A stretch of DNA of 64,000 bases. It comes from Meiothermus sp. Lineage in GTDB: Bacteria > Deinococcota > Deinococci > Deinococcales > Thermaceae. Each line of letters begins with the position of its first letter. Within the stretch, counting starts at the first letter, position 1. Of the stretch, positions 50,938-61,379 are shown one piece after another. The notes beneath the pieces are model-generated. The model had not been told where the DNA came from. It saw nothing but the letters and a program-made list of their open reading frames with translations, and made no database searches. The stretch lies in assembly GCA_033762915.1 (NCBI GenBank), contig JANRLD010000053.1:1-64000 (forward strand), written 5' to 3'. The translations under genes were made by a program, and so were the position numbers.

Positions 50938-52524
50938 CATCAGCTGCACCAGGATGATTTTTAGCAGCATCGCCAGCGGGTACACGCTGGCGTAGCCCAG
51001 GTTGGGCTGCTCGTTGCTGGACTTCTCGAGGGCGAAGGCCAGCACCGCTGGCTGGGTTTGCAGACCGGCCAGGATGCCGCTCAGAACGCCCAGCGGAATC
51101 CTGAGGAAGCGGTGCCCGACCCAGAGGGTCAGGAAGGCCGCACTTACCGTCACCAGCGCGCCCAGCAGGAACAGCCTTAGGCCGCCACCGCCCGCCAGGG
51201 TCTGCGCGAAGGCGTAGCCCGAGCGCGTCCCGATGCCCGCCAGGAAGAGGATCAGGCCCAGCTGGCGCAGGGTCAGGTTGGCGCTGTAGGGGATCTGCCA
51301 GAGGATCGGGCCGGTGCGCCCGATGGCCCCCAGCACCAAACCCACCAGCAGCGGCCCGCCCGCGAAGCCCAGCTTGAAGCTCTGGCCGCCGGGCAGCGGG
51401 AAGGCGATACTGCCCAGCAGCAGGCCCAGCGCGATGCCCAGGCTGAAGCTCACCACGTCCACTTCGGCCAGGGCGCGGTAGGAGTCGCCCAGGTAGCGCC
51501 CGGCCTCCCGGATGCGCTCCTTGGGGCCAACCACCCGCACCCGGTCGCCCAGCTCGAGGGTGCTCTGCGGGCCGGGCAGAAACTCCACCTCGCCGCGCCG
51601 GATGCGCGTGACCACCACCCCGTAGCGCTCGGCCAGGTTCAGCTCGGCCACGGTGCGGCCCGCCACGTCGCGGTTGCTCACGAAGACCCGGCGGAAGTCC
51701 AGGCTGTGGCGATCCTCCTCCAGGCGCTCCTCGACCGGCTGGCCCAGCACCTCGGCAATGGACTCGAGCTCGTCGGGCCGGGCCACCACGCTCACCCGGT
51801 CGCCCAGTTGCAGGGTGGTGGCGGGGGTGACAAGTTGCTGCTCGCCGCCACGCTGCAGGCGCCCGAAGACGCCCGTCCAGCCGTAGGCGGCCTTGACCTG
51901 CTCGAGCGTCCACCCCACCACCTTGCCCTGGGTGACCTCGAGCGTCTGGCTGACCAGGGTGGTCTCGGCCTGCGCACCCTCGGATTTGCCCCACAGCCGC
52001 CAGGCCAGGTGCAGGGCCAGCATCATCCCGATCACCCCCACCGGGTAGGCGACGGCGTACGCCGTTACTGGCAGGCTCTGAAGGTCCTCGCCCGCGCCGC
52101 CGGCCTTGAGGGCCTCGAGGGCCGCCGCCAGGGCCGGGGTGTTGGTGAGGGAGCCCGCGAACAACCCGACGCGGAGGGCCGCCTCGAGGCCCAGCCAGCC
52201 GCCCAGCAGCACCACCGCCAGGGCCATCAGGGCCAGCACCCCCAGCACCAGCCCGTTGTGGCGCAGCCCGCTGCGCCGGAACGAGGCGAAGAAGCTGGGG
52301 CCGCTGGCCAGCGCGATGGTATAGACGAACAGCACCAGCCCGAACAGGTAGACGAACTCCGGCAGCCGCAGCTCGGGCGAGACCGCCCCGAACCCCAGCC
52401 CCGCGAACAGCACCGCCGCCACCCCCAGGCTGAAGTTGCCCACCCGCACCTGCCCCACCAGATACCCCACCGCCGCTACTACAAATAGCAGCAGAATCGG
52501 ATTGTCACGCAACAGTTCAATCAT
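50929..52524 (-). CDS. AspT/YidE family transporter with TrkA-C domains
   Basis: FGLVLFVY.I, G..TNTPAL, YP.GV, GGPL.VGL, QTQPA. Confidence 0.9.
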   Translation of the reverse strand: MIELLRDNPILLLFVVAAVGYLVGQVRVGNFSLGVAAVLFAGLGFGAVSPELRLPEFVYLFGLVLFVYTIALASGPSFFASFRRSGLRHNGLVLGVLALMALAVVLLGGWLGLEAALRVGLFAGSLTNTPALAAALEALKAGGAGEDLQSLPVTAYAVAYPVGVIGMMLALHLAWRLWGKSEGAQAETTLVSQTLEVTQGKVVGWTLEQVKAAYGWTGVFGRLQRGGEQQLVTPATTLQLGDRVSVVARPDELESIAEVLGQPVEERLEEDRHSLDFRRVFVSNRDVAGRTVAELNLAERYGVVVTRIRRGEVEFLPGPQSTLELGDRVRVVGPKERIREAGRYLGDSYRALAEVDVVSFSLGIALGLLLGSIAFPLPGGQSFKLGFAGGPLLVGLVLGAIGRTGPILWQIPYSANLTLRQLGLILFLAGIGTRSGYAFAQTLAGGGGLRLFLLGALVTVSAAFLTLWVGHRFLRIPLGVLSGILAGLQTQPAVLAFALEKSSNEQPNLGYASVYPLAMLLKIILVQLMLR

Positions 52525-52860
52525 CCCAAGCTCATGATGGCACGGCAGGGCGGACAAGCGTCCCCGTTCCTGGAGTTAGGAAGATGCGGAGGCGGCAAGT
52601 ACAAAGGAACAGGAGGTCATGTCAGGTGGCGGCCCTATACCCCCTGACGGGTACAACAGCCTCGGTCGTCGGCCCCATGGCCGCAGCCCTAAGGGTCTGC
52701 AGGGTTGAAACACCGAAGGCCGCCCTGAAACGCTCGCTAAGGAATTGCCCCTGGGGGTCGCCTCTGCCCCTCGGCTCGCCGCTCACCGCCCTGTCCGGTA
52801 ATGCTCTGGTAACGTCCCGGCTGCATCATTGACTCGCCTCAGAGCAGAAAGGAGACAGGT

Positions 52861-53304
52861 ATGTTAAGCCGTTTCGATCCGTTTAGAGAGATGGGCAAGC
52901 TGCGCCGCGAGATCGAGCGGGTGTTCGACCAGAGCCCGCTGCGCTTCGACCTCGAGTTTGCCGACGTGGGCACCATGCCGCTCGACGTCTATGAGGAAGG
53001 CGACAAGGTGATGGTCAAGGCTTCGCTCCCCGGCCTCAAGCCCGAGGAGATCAAGGTCGAGGTGCGGGGTGACGTGCTCTACATCAGCGGGGAGGCCAAG
53101 CAGACCGAGGAGAAGAAGGAGCGCGACTACCACCTCAGGGAGCACCGCTTCACCCGCTTCGAGCGCTCCATCGTGCTGCCCAGCGAGGTTGTCAGCGAGA
53201 AGGCCCAGGCCAACTTCGAGGACGGGGTGCTCTTCCTGACCCTGCCCAAAACCGAAACCACCAAGCCCAAGGCCATCCCGGTGCGGACAAAGGTGGGCGT
53301 ATAG
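52861..53304 (+). CDS. Hsp20 small heat-shock protein
   Basis: DVYE..LPG, FERS..LP, A.F.DGVL.L.LPK; AGGAG RBS. Confidence 0.93.
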   Translation: MLSRFDPFREMGKLRREIERVFDQSPLRFDLEFADVGTMPLDVYEEGDKVMVKASLPGLKPEEIKVEVRGDVLYISGEAKQTEEKKERDYHLREHRFTRFERSIVLPSEVVSEKAQANFEDGVLFLTLPKTETTKPKAIPVRTKVGV

Positions 53305-53365
53305 GTTTCACACGGCAGGTGGCAACGGCAGAACGCCGTGCGACCGCGTGCCACAAAGGGGAGGT

Positions 53366-53698
53366 ATGAACATCCAACGCTGGCAAGACTGGGGGAACGT
53401 GTTCCTGGGGGCCTGGCTGTCGACCTCGCCCTGGCTGCTGGGGTACGTCGGCAGCCCAGCCGCGACCTGGAACGCCCTGATCGTGGGCGCACTGGTGGCG
53501 GTGCTGGCCTACTTCGGGCTGGGCGGAGGACCGACCTGGGGGGAATGGGTCACTTTCGGTCTGGGGGTGTGGGCGGTGCTCTCACCCTGGATTCTGGGCT
53601 TTAGCGGGCTGGGAACCCCGGTCTGGAATGTGATCATCGTAGGGATGCTGGTCGCGCTTCTGGCCCTCTATGCCGGCAGGAAACCGGTCAGGGCCTAG
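53366..53698 (+). CDS. SPW repeat membrane protein
   Basis: WQDW.N..LG.W...SPW.LG twice; GGAGG RBS. Confidence 0.88.
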   Translation: MNIQRWQDWGNVFLGAWLSTSPWLLGYVGSPAATWNALIVGALVAVLAYFGLGGGPTWGEWVTFGLGVWAVLSPWILGFSGLGTPVWNVIIVGMLVALLALYAGRKPVRA

Positions 53699-53797
53699 GC
53701 CGCCGCACTGCCCGAGGGGTCCGGGCCGCCGATATCAGGCCACAACCCGGCCAAGGCTTCGCCTTGGCCGGGCCTCTCGAGGCGCTAAACTATAGCC

Positions 53798-55825
53798 ATG
53801 TCCGTGCGTCAAGCCCGCACCACCTGCCCCCTCGACTGCCCCGACGCCTGCTCGCTGATCGCCCTCATCGACGACGACTCCAACACCCTCCTCAAGATCG
53901 AGGGCGACCCCGCCCACCCGGTCACCCAGGGCTTCGCCTGCGTCAAGACCTACCGCTACCCCGAACGCAACCACCACCCGCTGCGCCCGCTGCACCCGCT
54001 CAAGCGGGTCGGCCCCAAGGGCGCGGGTGAGTTCGTGCGGGTGGGCTGGGAAGAGGCGCTGGACGAGATCGCGGCCAGGGTCAGGTCTATCGTGGCCGCC
54101 CACGGCCCTGAGGCGGTGCTGCCCTACCACTACGCCGGGACCATGGGGCTGGTGGAATACGAGCACCCCCTGACCTTCTTCCGGGCCCTGGGAGCGAGTG
54201 CGCTCGAGACCACCATCTGCGCCAGCGCGGGCTCGGCGGCCTGGGAGGCCAGCTACGGGCCGCGCTTCGGCGTAGACCCCGAGGACGTGCCCCAGGCCAA
54301 GTTCGTCCTGCTGTGGGGCATCAACAGTCTGCACACCAACACCCACCTCACACCGTTCCTGAAGCAAGCCCGCCAGGGCGGGGCCCGGATCGTCCACATC
54401 GACCCCTACGAGAACCTCACCAGCCGCTTCACCGACGAGCACATCCGCATCCGCCCCGGCACCGACGCCGCGCTGGCCTACGGGATGGCCCGCGCCATCG
54501 TTAAGGCCGGTCTGCACGACGCGGAATACCTCGAGAAGACCGCTCGAGGCTTCGAGGCGTTTATGGAGGTCGCGGAGGCGTGGACGCCCGAAAGGGTCGA
54601 GGCCGCCACCGGCGTTCCCGCCGAGACGGTGGAGCGGATCGCGCTCGAGTTCGCGAAAGCCAAGGCCAGCTTCGTCCGCACCTCCTACGGCCTGACCCGC
54701 CACCCGGGGGGCGCGTCGATGCTGCGGGCGGTGATCCTGCTGCCTGCCATCACTGGGGCTTGGAAGTACGTCGGGGGCGGGGCGCTCCTGAGTACGAGCG
54801 GCGGCTTCCCGCTGAACCGCCAGGCCCTGGCGGGCCGTAAATTCCTGACCGACAGGCCTCAGCCGCGCAGCGTGAACATGACCCAGATCGGCACCGCCCT
54901 CACGCGGCTCGAGCCCCCCATCCGCTCGCTCTTTGTCTTCAACTCCAACCCGGCGGTGGTGGCCCCGCGCTCCGAGCTGGTGCAGCGCGGGCTGATGCGC
55001 GACGATCTCTTCACGGTGGTGCTCGAGCAGGCCATGACCGAGACCACCAAGTACGCCGACTACGTGCTACCCGCCACCACCTTCCTCGAGCATCCCGACC
55101 TCTACACCGCCTACGGCCACTACTACATCTCCTGGAACGAGGCGGTGATGAGGCCGCAGGGCGAGGCCCGGCCCAACACCTGGGTGTTCGCCGAGTTGGG
55201 CAAGCGGCTGGGGCTCGACGAGCCCACGCTGTACTGGGACGCCGAGACGCTGGCGCGATCGCTGCTGGACTCCCGGCACCCCTGGCTCGAGGGCGTGACC
55301 CTGGAGCGACTCAAGGCCGAGGGCTACGTCCGCATCGGCAAGCCCCGCGGGCACCTGGCCTACCTCGAGGGGGCCGAAACGCCCTCCGGCAAGATTCAGT
55401 TCGACCCGCCGCCGCAGGTCATCCTGACCGAGCCGGAGGCCGAGTTCCCCCTGATCCTGATGACCCCGCCCGCCAAGCACTTCCTCAACTCCACCTACGG
55501 GCACGTCGAGCGGCTGGTGAACGGCGAGGGCGGCGAGCCGGTGCTGCTGATCCACCCCGCCGACGCCGAGGCGCGGGGCGTGGTGAGCGGCCAGTACGTG
55601 CGGATTCGCTCGAGGTACGGCGAGGTGCGGCGCAGGGCCAAGGTGGGAGCCATACCCATCCAGGGAACGGTGGTGCTCGAGGGCACCTGGTGGGAGCGGC
55701 CCGCCCCGGACGGCAGGGGCATCAACTGGCTGACCGGCGAGCACCTGACCGACATGGGCGCGGGCTCGACCTTCCACTCCAACCCGGTCGAGGTGGAGGC
55801 GCTGGGCGGAGCGGCGGACGACTGA
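53798..55825 (+). CDS. Molybdopterin oxidoreductase (DMSO reductase superfamily)
   Basis: CPLDCPDAC..C Fe-S motif, GTDAALA, SNP, ADYVLPA, FLNST, IHP.DA..RG. Confidence 0.9.
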   Translation: MSVRQARTTCPLDCPDACSLIALIDDDSNTLLKIEGDPAHPVTQGFACVKTYRYPERNHHPLRPLHPLKRVGPKGAGEFVRVGWEEALDEIAARVRSIVAAHGPEAVLPYHYAGTMGLVEYEHPLTFFRALGASALETTICASAGSAAWEASYGPRFGVDPEDVPQAKFVLLWGINSLHTNTHLTPFLKQARQGGARIVHIDPYENLTSRFTDEHIRIRPGTDAALAYGMARAIVKAGLHDAEYLEKTARGFEAFMEVAEAWTPERVEAATGVPAETVERIALEFAKAKASFVRTSYGLTRHPGGASMLRAVILLPAITGAWKYVGGGALLSTSGGFPLNRQALAGRKFLTDRPQPRSVNMTQIGTALTRLEPPIRSLFVFNSNPAVVAPRSELVQRGLMRDDLFTVVLEQAMTETTKYADYVLPATTFLEHPDLYTAYGHYYISWNEAVMRPQGEARPNTWVFAELGKRLGLDEPTLYWDAETLARSLLDSRHPWLEGVTLERLKAEGYVRIGKPRGHLAYLEGAETPSGKIQFDPPPQVILTEPEAEFPLILMTPPAKHFLNSTYGHVERLVNGEGGEPVLLIHPADAEARGVVSGQYVRIRSRYGEVRRRAKVGAIPIQGTVVLEGTWWERPAPDGRGINWLTGEHLTDMGAGSTFHSNPVEVEALGGAADD

Positions 55826-55842
55826 ACCTTCGGAGGCCAGAC

Positions 55843-56943
55843 GTGAACGGATTCCTGCCCACCCCCCAGGCCGCCCCGCCGCTGCCACCGGACTTCGCTC
55901 CGTGGGAGCGGGCGGCCCGCGACCTGCCCAAGCTGCTGATCGCCGGCCGGCTGCGCGCCGCCGTGAGGGAACTGGCCGCGCCGGACTGCCGGAGGCTCGA
56001 GGAGGGGCAGCTCGAAACGGCCATGCGGGTCTTGTCCTTCCTGGGCAACGCCTACGTGTGGGGAGAGAAGCCCCTGGTCGACAGGCTTCCGCGCCAACTG
56101 GCGCTGCCCTGGGTGGCGGTAGCAGAGCGGCTGGATCGCAAGCCGATGCTCTCCTATGCCTCGAGCACCCTCCACAACTGGCGCCTGCTCGACCCCGCTG
56201 GGCCGGTCGAGCTGGGCAACCTCGCGGTGGTGCAGAACTTCCTGGGCGGGCAGGACGAAGACTGGTTTGTGCAGGTTCACGTGGCCATCGAGGCCGCCTC
56301 GAGCCCCGCCGTCGCGGCCATCCCACCCCTCCAGGCGGCGGTGGCGGCGGGCGACGTCGGGGCCATTGGGGCCGGCCTCCGGACCGTCTCGAGCGCGCTC
56401 GAGACAGTTCTGGGACTGATAAACCGCATGTACGAGAAGTGCGACCCGCACATCTACTACCACCGCTTCCGCCCCTTTCTGTTCGGCTGGTTCAACAACC
56501 CCGAACTGCCCCAGGGCATGGTCTACGAGGGGGCCTACGGCGACCGGCCCCAGCACTTCCACGGCCAGACCGGCGCGCAGAGCAGCGTCATCCCCGCCCT
56601 CGACGCCCTGCTGGGCATCGAGCTCGAGCACGACCAGATGCAAAGCTACCTCGAGGCCATGCGCAGCTGCATGCCGGTGGCGCACCGCCGCTTCATCGAG
56701 GCGACCTGGCGCGGCCCGTCGCTGCGCGAATTCAGTAAAGCCCACCTGGGCGAGCTGCGCGACCCCTACAACCGCGCCGTCAGGCTCCTCAACGCCTTCC
56801 GCAGCGCCCACCTGGGCCTGGCGGGCAAGTTCGTCCACGAGCCCGGCCTCAAGTACGCCCAGGGCGCAGTGGGAACCGGCGGCACCTCGTTCATGACCTA
56901 CCTCGGCAGCCGCCAACAGGGGACGGCGGAGCATTTGCTGTGA
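55843..56943 (+). CDS. Indoleamine 2,3-dioxygenase family heme protein
   Basis: AYVWG, P.LSY....NW, E.WF..VH..IE, GQTGAQSS, FR..H, GTGGT.F; GGAGG RBS before GTG. Confidence 0.9.
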   Translation: MNGFLPTPQAAPPLPPDFAPWERAARDLPKLLIAGRLRAAVRELAAPDCRRLEEGQLETAMRVLSFLGNAYVWGEKPLVDRLPRQLALPWVAVAERLDRKPMLSYASSTLHNWRLLDPAGPVELGNLAVVQNFLGGQDEDWFVQVHVAIEAASSPAVAAIPPLQAAVAAGDVGAIGAGLRTVSSALETVLGLINRMYEKCDPHIYYHRFRPFLFGWFNNPELPQGMVYEGAYGDRPQHFHGQTGAQSSVIPALDALLGIELEHDQMQSYLEAMRSCMPVAHRRFIEATWRGPSLREFSKAHLGELRDPYNRAVRLLNAFRSAHLGLAGKFVHEPGLKYAQGAVGTGGTSFMTYLGSRQQGTAEHLL

Positions 56944-56997
56944 CGAAAGCCTCGCCGCCTTTCGGCCCTCTGTTCCCCGTTCACTCCAGCGGTTCGC

Positions 56998-57160
56998 GCC
57001 GTTAAGTTGCACCAGGGTAGAAGTGCGGAATCGGCGGAAGCAACACATTCGTGCCTGGGCGGAGTGGCGTGCTCCATAGCCGCGGAGCAGCTACCTGGGG
57101 CGCAATTCCCTGCGGGAGCTGGCGGGCGAAATTTCGCATTGCAACTATGAAGACATGTAG
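56998..57160. repeat. Repeat family B, inverted copy (partial family A end follows at ~57272-57297)
   Basis: Reverse complement matches 12087-12250. Confidence 0.85.
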
Positions 57161-57308
57161 GCCTCACCGTGTGAAGCGCTAAAGCGTGCGCTAAAGCGAA
57201 GTAGTGCACTCGGTAGGGCAAAAACCGCCATACCGAGTGTTCGTGGCAACCGCTCTACAGCAAATCATATGGAAGGAGTATGCGTGGGAACCGCTCTGAG
57301 AAGCGCTG

Positions 57309-58229
57309 TCAATACCCGAAATAGGCCTTGCTGAACTCGTTGTGGATGTCCGCCAGGGACTCCAGCAGCTCTTCGAGGTCCGGGTCTTTTTTCTTGAAGA
57401 CCTGCCCGGCGTTCTCGAGGTACTCCATGGTGGCGGCCAGCTTGCCCGCCTTGCGAACGCACTCCCGCCCCACCCCGCCGCTGTGGCGCCGGGCGGCCTC
57501 GGTGGCCCGCTTCAGGCCGTCGACGCTGAAGTGCACCGAGCGCGGGAAGTCGTCACCCAGGAGCAAGAAGTCGCCGATGCGCATGGTCTCGAGGGTGGTG
57601 TGGTGAACCTTGCGGTAGGCCTCCAAAGCCCCCACGCTACGCAGCAACGAGCGGTTGAAGTGGTTCTGCAGCTCGGCCTCCTTGGTCAGGTCGCCGCCCT
57701 CGATGTAGGTCTGGAGTACCCGCAGCATGTTGTCGGCCCGCTCGAGGTAGCGCCCCATCCGCAGGAAGTAGAAGCTGGCGTCGCGGGGCATGGTCAGCTC
57801 GGCGATGCCCATCATCTGGTGGCTGGCCAGGCGCACCTGCACGCAGTAGTCGTGCAGGGTCTCCTGTTCCATCACGTTCTCGGTACCGTAATAACAGCGG
57901 TTGAAGAGAGAGTTGACCTCCTCCCAGAACTCCAGATTGAGGTGAAAGCGCGTGGTGCGGGCGTTCTCGCGCACCCGCCAGATGCAGCTTCGGATCGAGC
58001 TGCCGTTGGCGAGGTCGAAGGCCAGCCACTGCACCACCGCGGCCTCGTTGGGCTCCACCCCCTCCACCTCGAGCGACCTCAGCAGCCGCCGCCACCAGTC
58101 CCCCGCGATCCCCTCTACTGGGGCCTCCGCCACCGCGTAGTAGTTCACATCAAGGAGCCGGGCGGTGTTCTCCGCCCGCTCGAGGTAGCGACCGAGCCAG
58201 TACAGGTTTTCGGCAATTCGGCTAAGCAC
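57309..58229 (-). CDS. Alpha-E (DUF403) protein
   Basis: LSRIA..LYW.GRYLERAE..AR, RENAR, second G..LERAD, FPRS. Confidence 0.92.
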   Translation of the reverse strand: MLSRIAENLYWLGRYLERAENTARLLDVNYYAVAEAPVEGIAGDWWRRLLRSLEVEGVEPNEAAVVQWLAFDLANGSSIRSCIWRVRENARTTRFHLNLEFWEEVNSLFNRCYYGTENVMEQETLHDYCVQVRLASHQMMGIAELTMPRDASFYFLRMGRYLERADNMLRVLQTYIEGGDLTKEAELQNHFNRSLLRSVGALEAYRKVHHTTLETMRIGDFLLLGDDFPRSVHFSVDGLKRATEAARRHSGGVGRECVRKAGKLAATMEYLENAGQVFKKKDPDLEELLESLADIHNEFSKAYFGY

Positions 58230-58352
58230 AGGTGACCTCCGCGCACGGCGCAGCAAGCAAGGGAAAGAGGGAACGGGGGCGTAGGGAAGGGAAGGCAAAG
58301 CGGCACCGGGCCCTGGCTTCCCTCCTCCCTCCCCCCTCTGCCCTATCGCGCC

Positions 58353-59801
58353 TCACGACAACACCCACGTGTCCTTCGACCCGCCGCCCTGCGAGCTGTT
58401 GACCACCAGGCTGCCGCGCTTGAGGGCTACGCGGGTCAGGCCGCCGGGGAGGACTTGAATTTTCTCGCCCACCAGCACGAAGGGGCGCAGGTCGATGTGG
58501 CGAGGCTCGAAGGCGGCGGTATCCTCGGCATAGGTAGGGTGGGTGGAGAGGCCCAGGGTGGGCTGGGCGACGAAGTTATGCGGCTCCTCCCTGACCTTCT
58601 TAACGTACTCGGCGACCTGCTCCTCAGTGGAGTGGGGACCAATCAGCATCCCATAGCCGCCGGACTGGTCCACCTTCTTGATCACCAGCTCGTGGGCGTG
58701 GGCCAAGATGTACTCGAGGTCGTCCCGCTCCGCGCCGATGTAGGTCTGGACATTGGGCAAGATGGGCTCCTGGTTGAGGTAGTACTTGATGAGCCGCGGA
58801 ACGTAGGCGTAGAGGGCCTTGTCGTCGGCCACGCCGTTGCCGACGGCGTTGGCCAGTGCCACCCGGCCCTCGCGGTAGACCTTGACCAGTCCCGGCACAC
58901 CCAGCACCGAATCGGGGCGGAAGACCGTGGGGTCTATGAACTCGTCGTCGATGCGCTTGTAGATCACGTCCACCTGCTGCCTACCCCCGGTGGAGCGCAT
59001 CCAGACCCGCCCGTCATCGACGAAGAGGTCGGCGGCCTCGACCAGCTCGACCCCCATCTGCTGGGCCAGGAACATGTGTTCGAAGTAGGCGCTGTTGAAC
59101 GGCCCCGGGGTGAGGATCACCACGTTGGGCTCGGCGATGTCGCGGGGCGAGAGGCTACGCAGCGTCTTGAGCAGCATGTCGGGGTAGTCCTCGACCAGCT
59201 TGACCTTGGCCTTGGACAGGATTTGGGGGAAGGCCCGGCTCATCACCCGGCGGTTGGAGAGCACGTAGGAGACCCCGGAGGGGGTACGGAGGTTGTCCTC
59301 GAGGACCCGGTACTGCCCGGTCTCGTCGCGCACCAGATCGATGCCCGCCACGTGGGTGAAGGCTCCGTGCGGCAGCCTGACCCCGTGAACCTGGCGGTAG
59401 TAGGCCGGGTGGTTTAGCACCAGACCCTGCGGCAACACGTTGTCTGAAAGAATATGCTGGCCGTTGTATATGTCCTGCAAGAACAGGTTCAGCGCCTTGA
59501 CCCGCTGAATCAGCCCCTGCTCGACGGTCTTCCACTCCGCCGCCGGGATGATGCGGGGCACGATATCCAGCGGGAAGGGCCGCTCCGGCCCCGAGGGGTC
59601 GCCGTAGACGGCGAAGGTGATGCCCTGGTTGCGGAAGGCCAGCTCGGTGAGGGCCTGGCGGCGGCGGAAGTCTTCCGGCGAGAGCGCCACGAGCCTCGAG
59701 ATCACCTCGGCGTAGTGCTTGCGCGACTTGCCCCCCTGGTCGAACACCTCGTCGAAGAACTCGCTGTTGTACGCCTCGAACCAGTCCGCGACCTGCTTCA
59801 T
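58353..59801 (-). CDS. Circularly permuted type 2 ATP-grasp protein (DUF404/407)
   Basis: [46 protein letters not shown]. Confidence 0.94.
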   Translation of the reverse strand: MKQVADWFEAYNSEFFDEVFDQGGKSRKHYAEVISRLVALSPEDFRRRQALTELAFRNQGITFAVYGDPSGPERPFPLDIVPRIIPAAEWKTVEQGLIQRVKALNLFLQDIYNGQHILSDNVLPQGLVLNHPAYYRQVHGVRLPHGAFTHVAGIDLVRDETGQYRVLEDNLRTPSGVSYVLSNRRVMSRAFPQILSKAKVKLVEDYPDMLLKTLRSLSPRDIAEPNVVILTPGPFNSAYFEHMFLAQQMGVELVEAADLFVDDGRVWMRSTGGRQQVDVIYKRIDDEFIDPTVFRPDSVLGVPGLVKVYREGRVALANAVGNGVADDKALYAYVPRLIKYYLNQEPILPNVQTYIGAERDDLEYILAHAHELVIKKVDQSGGYGMLIGPHSTEEQVAEYVKKVREEPHNFVAQPTLGLSTHPTYAEDTAAFEPRHIDLRPFVLVGEKIQVLPGGLTRVALKRGSLVVNSSQGGGSKDTWVLS

Positions 59802-59852
59802 GTGGGGATTATAACGATTTATGGATATTTATCCATTGGATACAGTTAGGGT

Positions 59853-60635
59853 ATGGGAATCGAAGACAAACTCGAGCCTTTGACGGGTAAAGTGTTCCAG
59901 CTAACCCAGCCTTTTCAGGGCGACGATGCAACGGCATGGACGGTTCACGCCGGACGCGGGAGCTTCATCCTCAAAACCGTTAGGCCAGGGCATGACCCCG
60001 ACGGGCTGCGAAGAGAGCAGGTCGTTCTGGCGACCTTGCCTCGAGACACCGCCCTCGAGCTGCCCCGCCCCGTCGGCCTCTTCGAGTTCGAGGGGGTGAT
60101 CTACGGCCTGCAAACCTGCCTTGAAGGCCAGAACCTGGTTCATGCCCTCCGGCAGGCAGACGAACCCACCCGCCACCTTCTGGTCAGGAGTTGGGGCCAC
60201 GCCTTACGGGAGATTCACCGCTGGCAGCCCACTTTAGCGTTTAGAGAGTCCCCGCTCGAGTCGTTCGAGATTACCCGGCGACAAACCCCCAAAGACACGG
60301 CAATAGAACATGGGCCGTTTAGGGGCTGGATGGCCCAAGCCGTGCTGGATGAACTCGAGGCGGCCCGACACCTGATCCAACCCAGGATAGTTTTCACCCA
60401 CTGGGATTACTGTGTCCCGAATGCCTTGGCACAGGGTAAGAAAGTCAGCGCCATCGTGGACTGGTGTACGGGACGTTACGCCGACTATCGCAGCGATTTG
60501 GCCGCAGCTTCATGGTCACTGGAGTACAACCTGGGGAGCCGCGACTACCTGCCCAGTCTCCTGGAAGGATACCGTTACAGCGGAACTCTCGAGGAGTTGC
60601 GCTGGTTCGAAGGGCTGTGGGCACTTCCGGTTTAG
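59853..60635 (+). CDS. Aminoglycoside phosphotransferase-like kinase
   Basis: ILK, RE, FTHWDYCVPN, IVDW, DLA. Confidence 0.8.
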   Translation: MGIEDKLEPLTGKVFQLTQPFQGDDATAWTVHAGRGSFILKTVRPGHDPDGLRREQVVLATLPRDTALELPRPVGLFEFEGVIYGLQTCLEGQNLVHALRQADEPTRHLLVRSWGHALREIHRWQPTLAFRESPLESFEITRRQTPKDTAIEHGPFRGWMAQAVLDELEAARHLIQPRIVFTHWDYCVPNALAQGKKVSAIVDWCTGRYADYRSDLAAASWSLEYNLGSRDYLPSLLEGYRYSGTLEELRWFEGLWALPV

Positions 60636-61252
60636 CTCTGCAAATTCGGCGTACCGATGCGGTAGCGGCAGCAGTCCGCCCCGGCGGCGATGCGCTCCTC
60701 GCGGACCACGCCCACCCCCAGCAGCCGCTGGTACATCTCGTTCTCGGTCTGGCAAAACTCGCCGTGCTCCAGGGCCAGCGCCAGCTTGGGGCAGCGGCCC
60801 TGCTCGAGATACCACTGGCCGTTCTCCTGGTAGAAGCTGGCCTGGTAGCCCTGCTCGGTCAGGAACTCGGCCAGGCGGTAGATCTTCTGCTCGAGCGTGA
60901 GCCCCTCGAGGTGCGGGGCCAGCAGCTCCAACAGCTGCGCGTTGCGCCGGGTGAGCACCTGGATCACCGCCCCCGAACCGAACAGCTCCTTGAGGTGGGT
61001 CAGCACGTCGCCGCACATCCGGGCGTAGGGGGCCTCCTGGTCTACGGCCTGGTAGACCTGCTTGGGCCTGCCGCGCCCCTCGGCCTTCTCGAGCTTGCCC
61101 CGCACCAGCCCCTCGCGCTCCAAGTCCTCGAGGTGGCGGTGTACGGCCACCTTGGAGATTCCCAGGCTGTCGGAAAGCATCCCCGCACAGCAGGGCTTCG
61201 AGCGCAGCGTCTCGAGGATGCGCTGTTTGGTCTCGCCGAGTCCTAGCGGCAC
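60632..61252 (-). CDS. SufR-like HTH regulator
   Basis: LGIS..AV.RHL..LE.EGLV, GRGRP; C-terminal CP..C..E..CC. Confidence 0.78.
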   Translation of the reverse strand: MPLGLGETKQRILETLRSKPCCAGMLSDSLGISKVAVHRHLEDLEREGLVRGKLEKAEGRGRPKQVYQAVDQEAPYARMCGDVLTHLKELFGSGAVIQVLTRRNAQLLELLAPHLEGLTLEQKIYRLAEFLTEQGYQASFYQENGQWYLEQGRCPKLALALEHGEFCQTENEMYQRLLGVGVVREERIAAGADCCRYRIGTPNLQS

Positions 61253-61379
61253 GGGCGCCCCCCCGGAGAGCGGAAAGACGAAAGGGGAAAAAGGGAAGCG
61301 CGCACGGAAACCCCGCGGTTGATTCTCCCTTCCCCCTCCCTCCTTTCTCCCCTGCGTCGCGTCATCACAGCCTCCCCGA

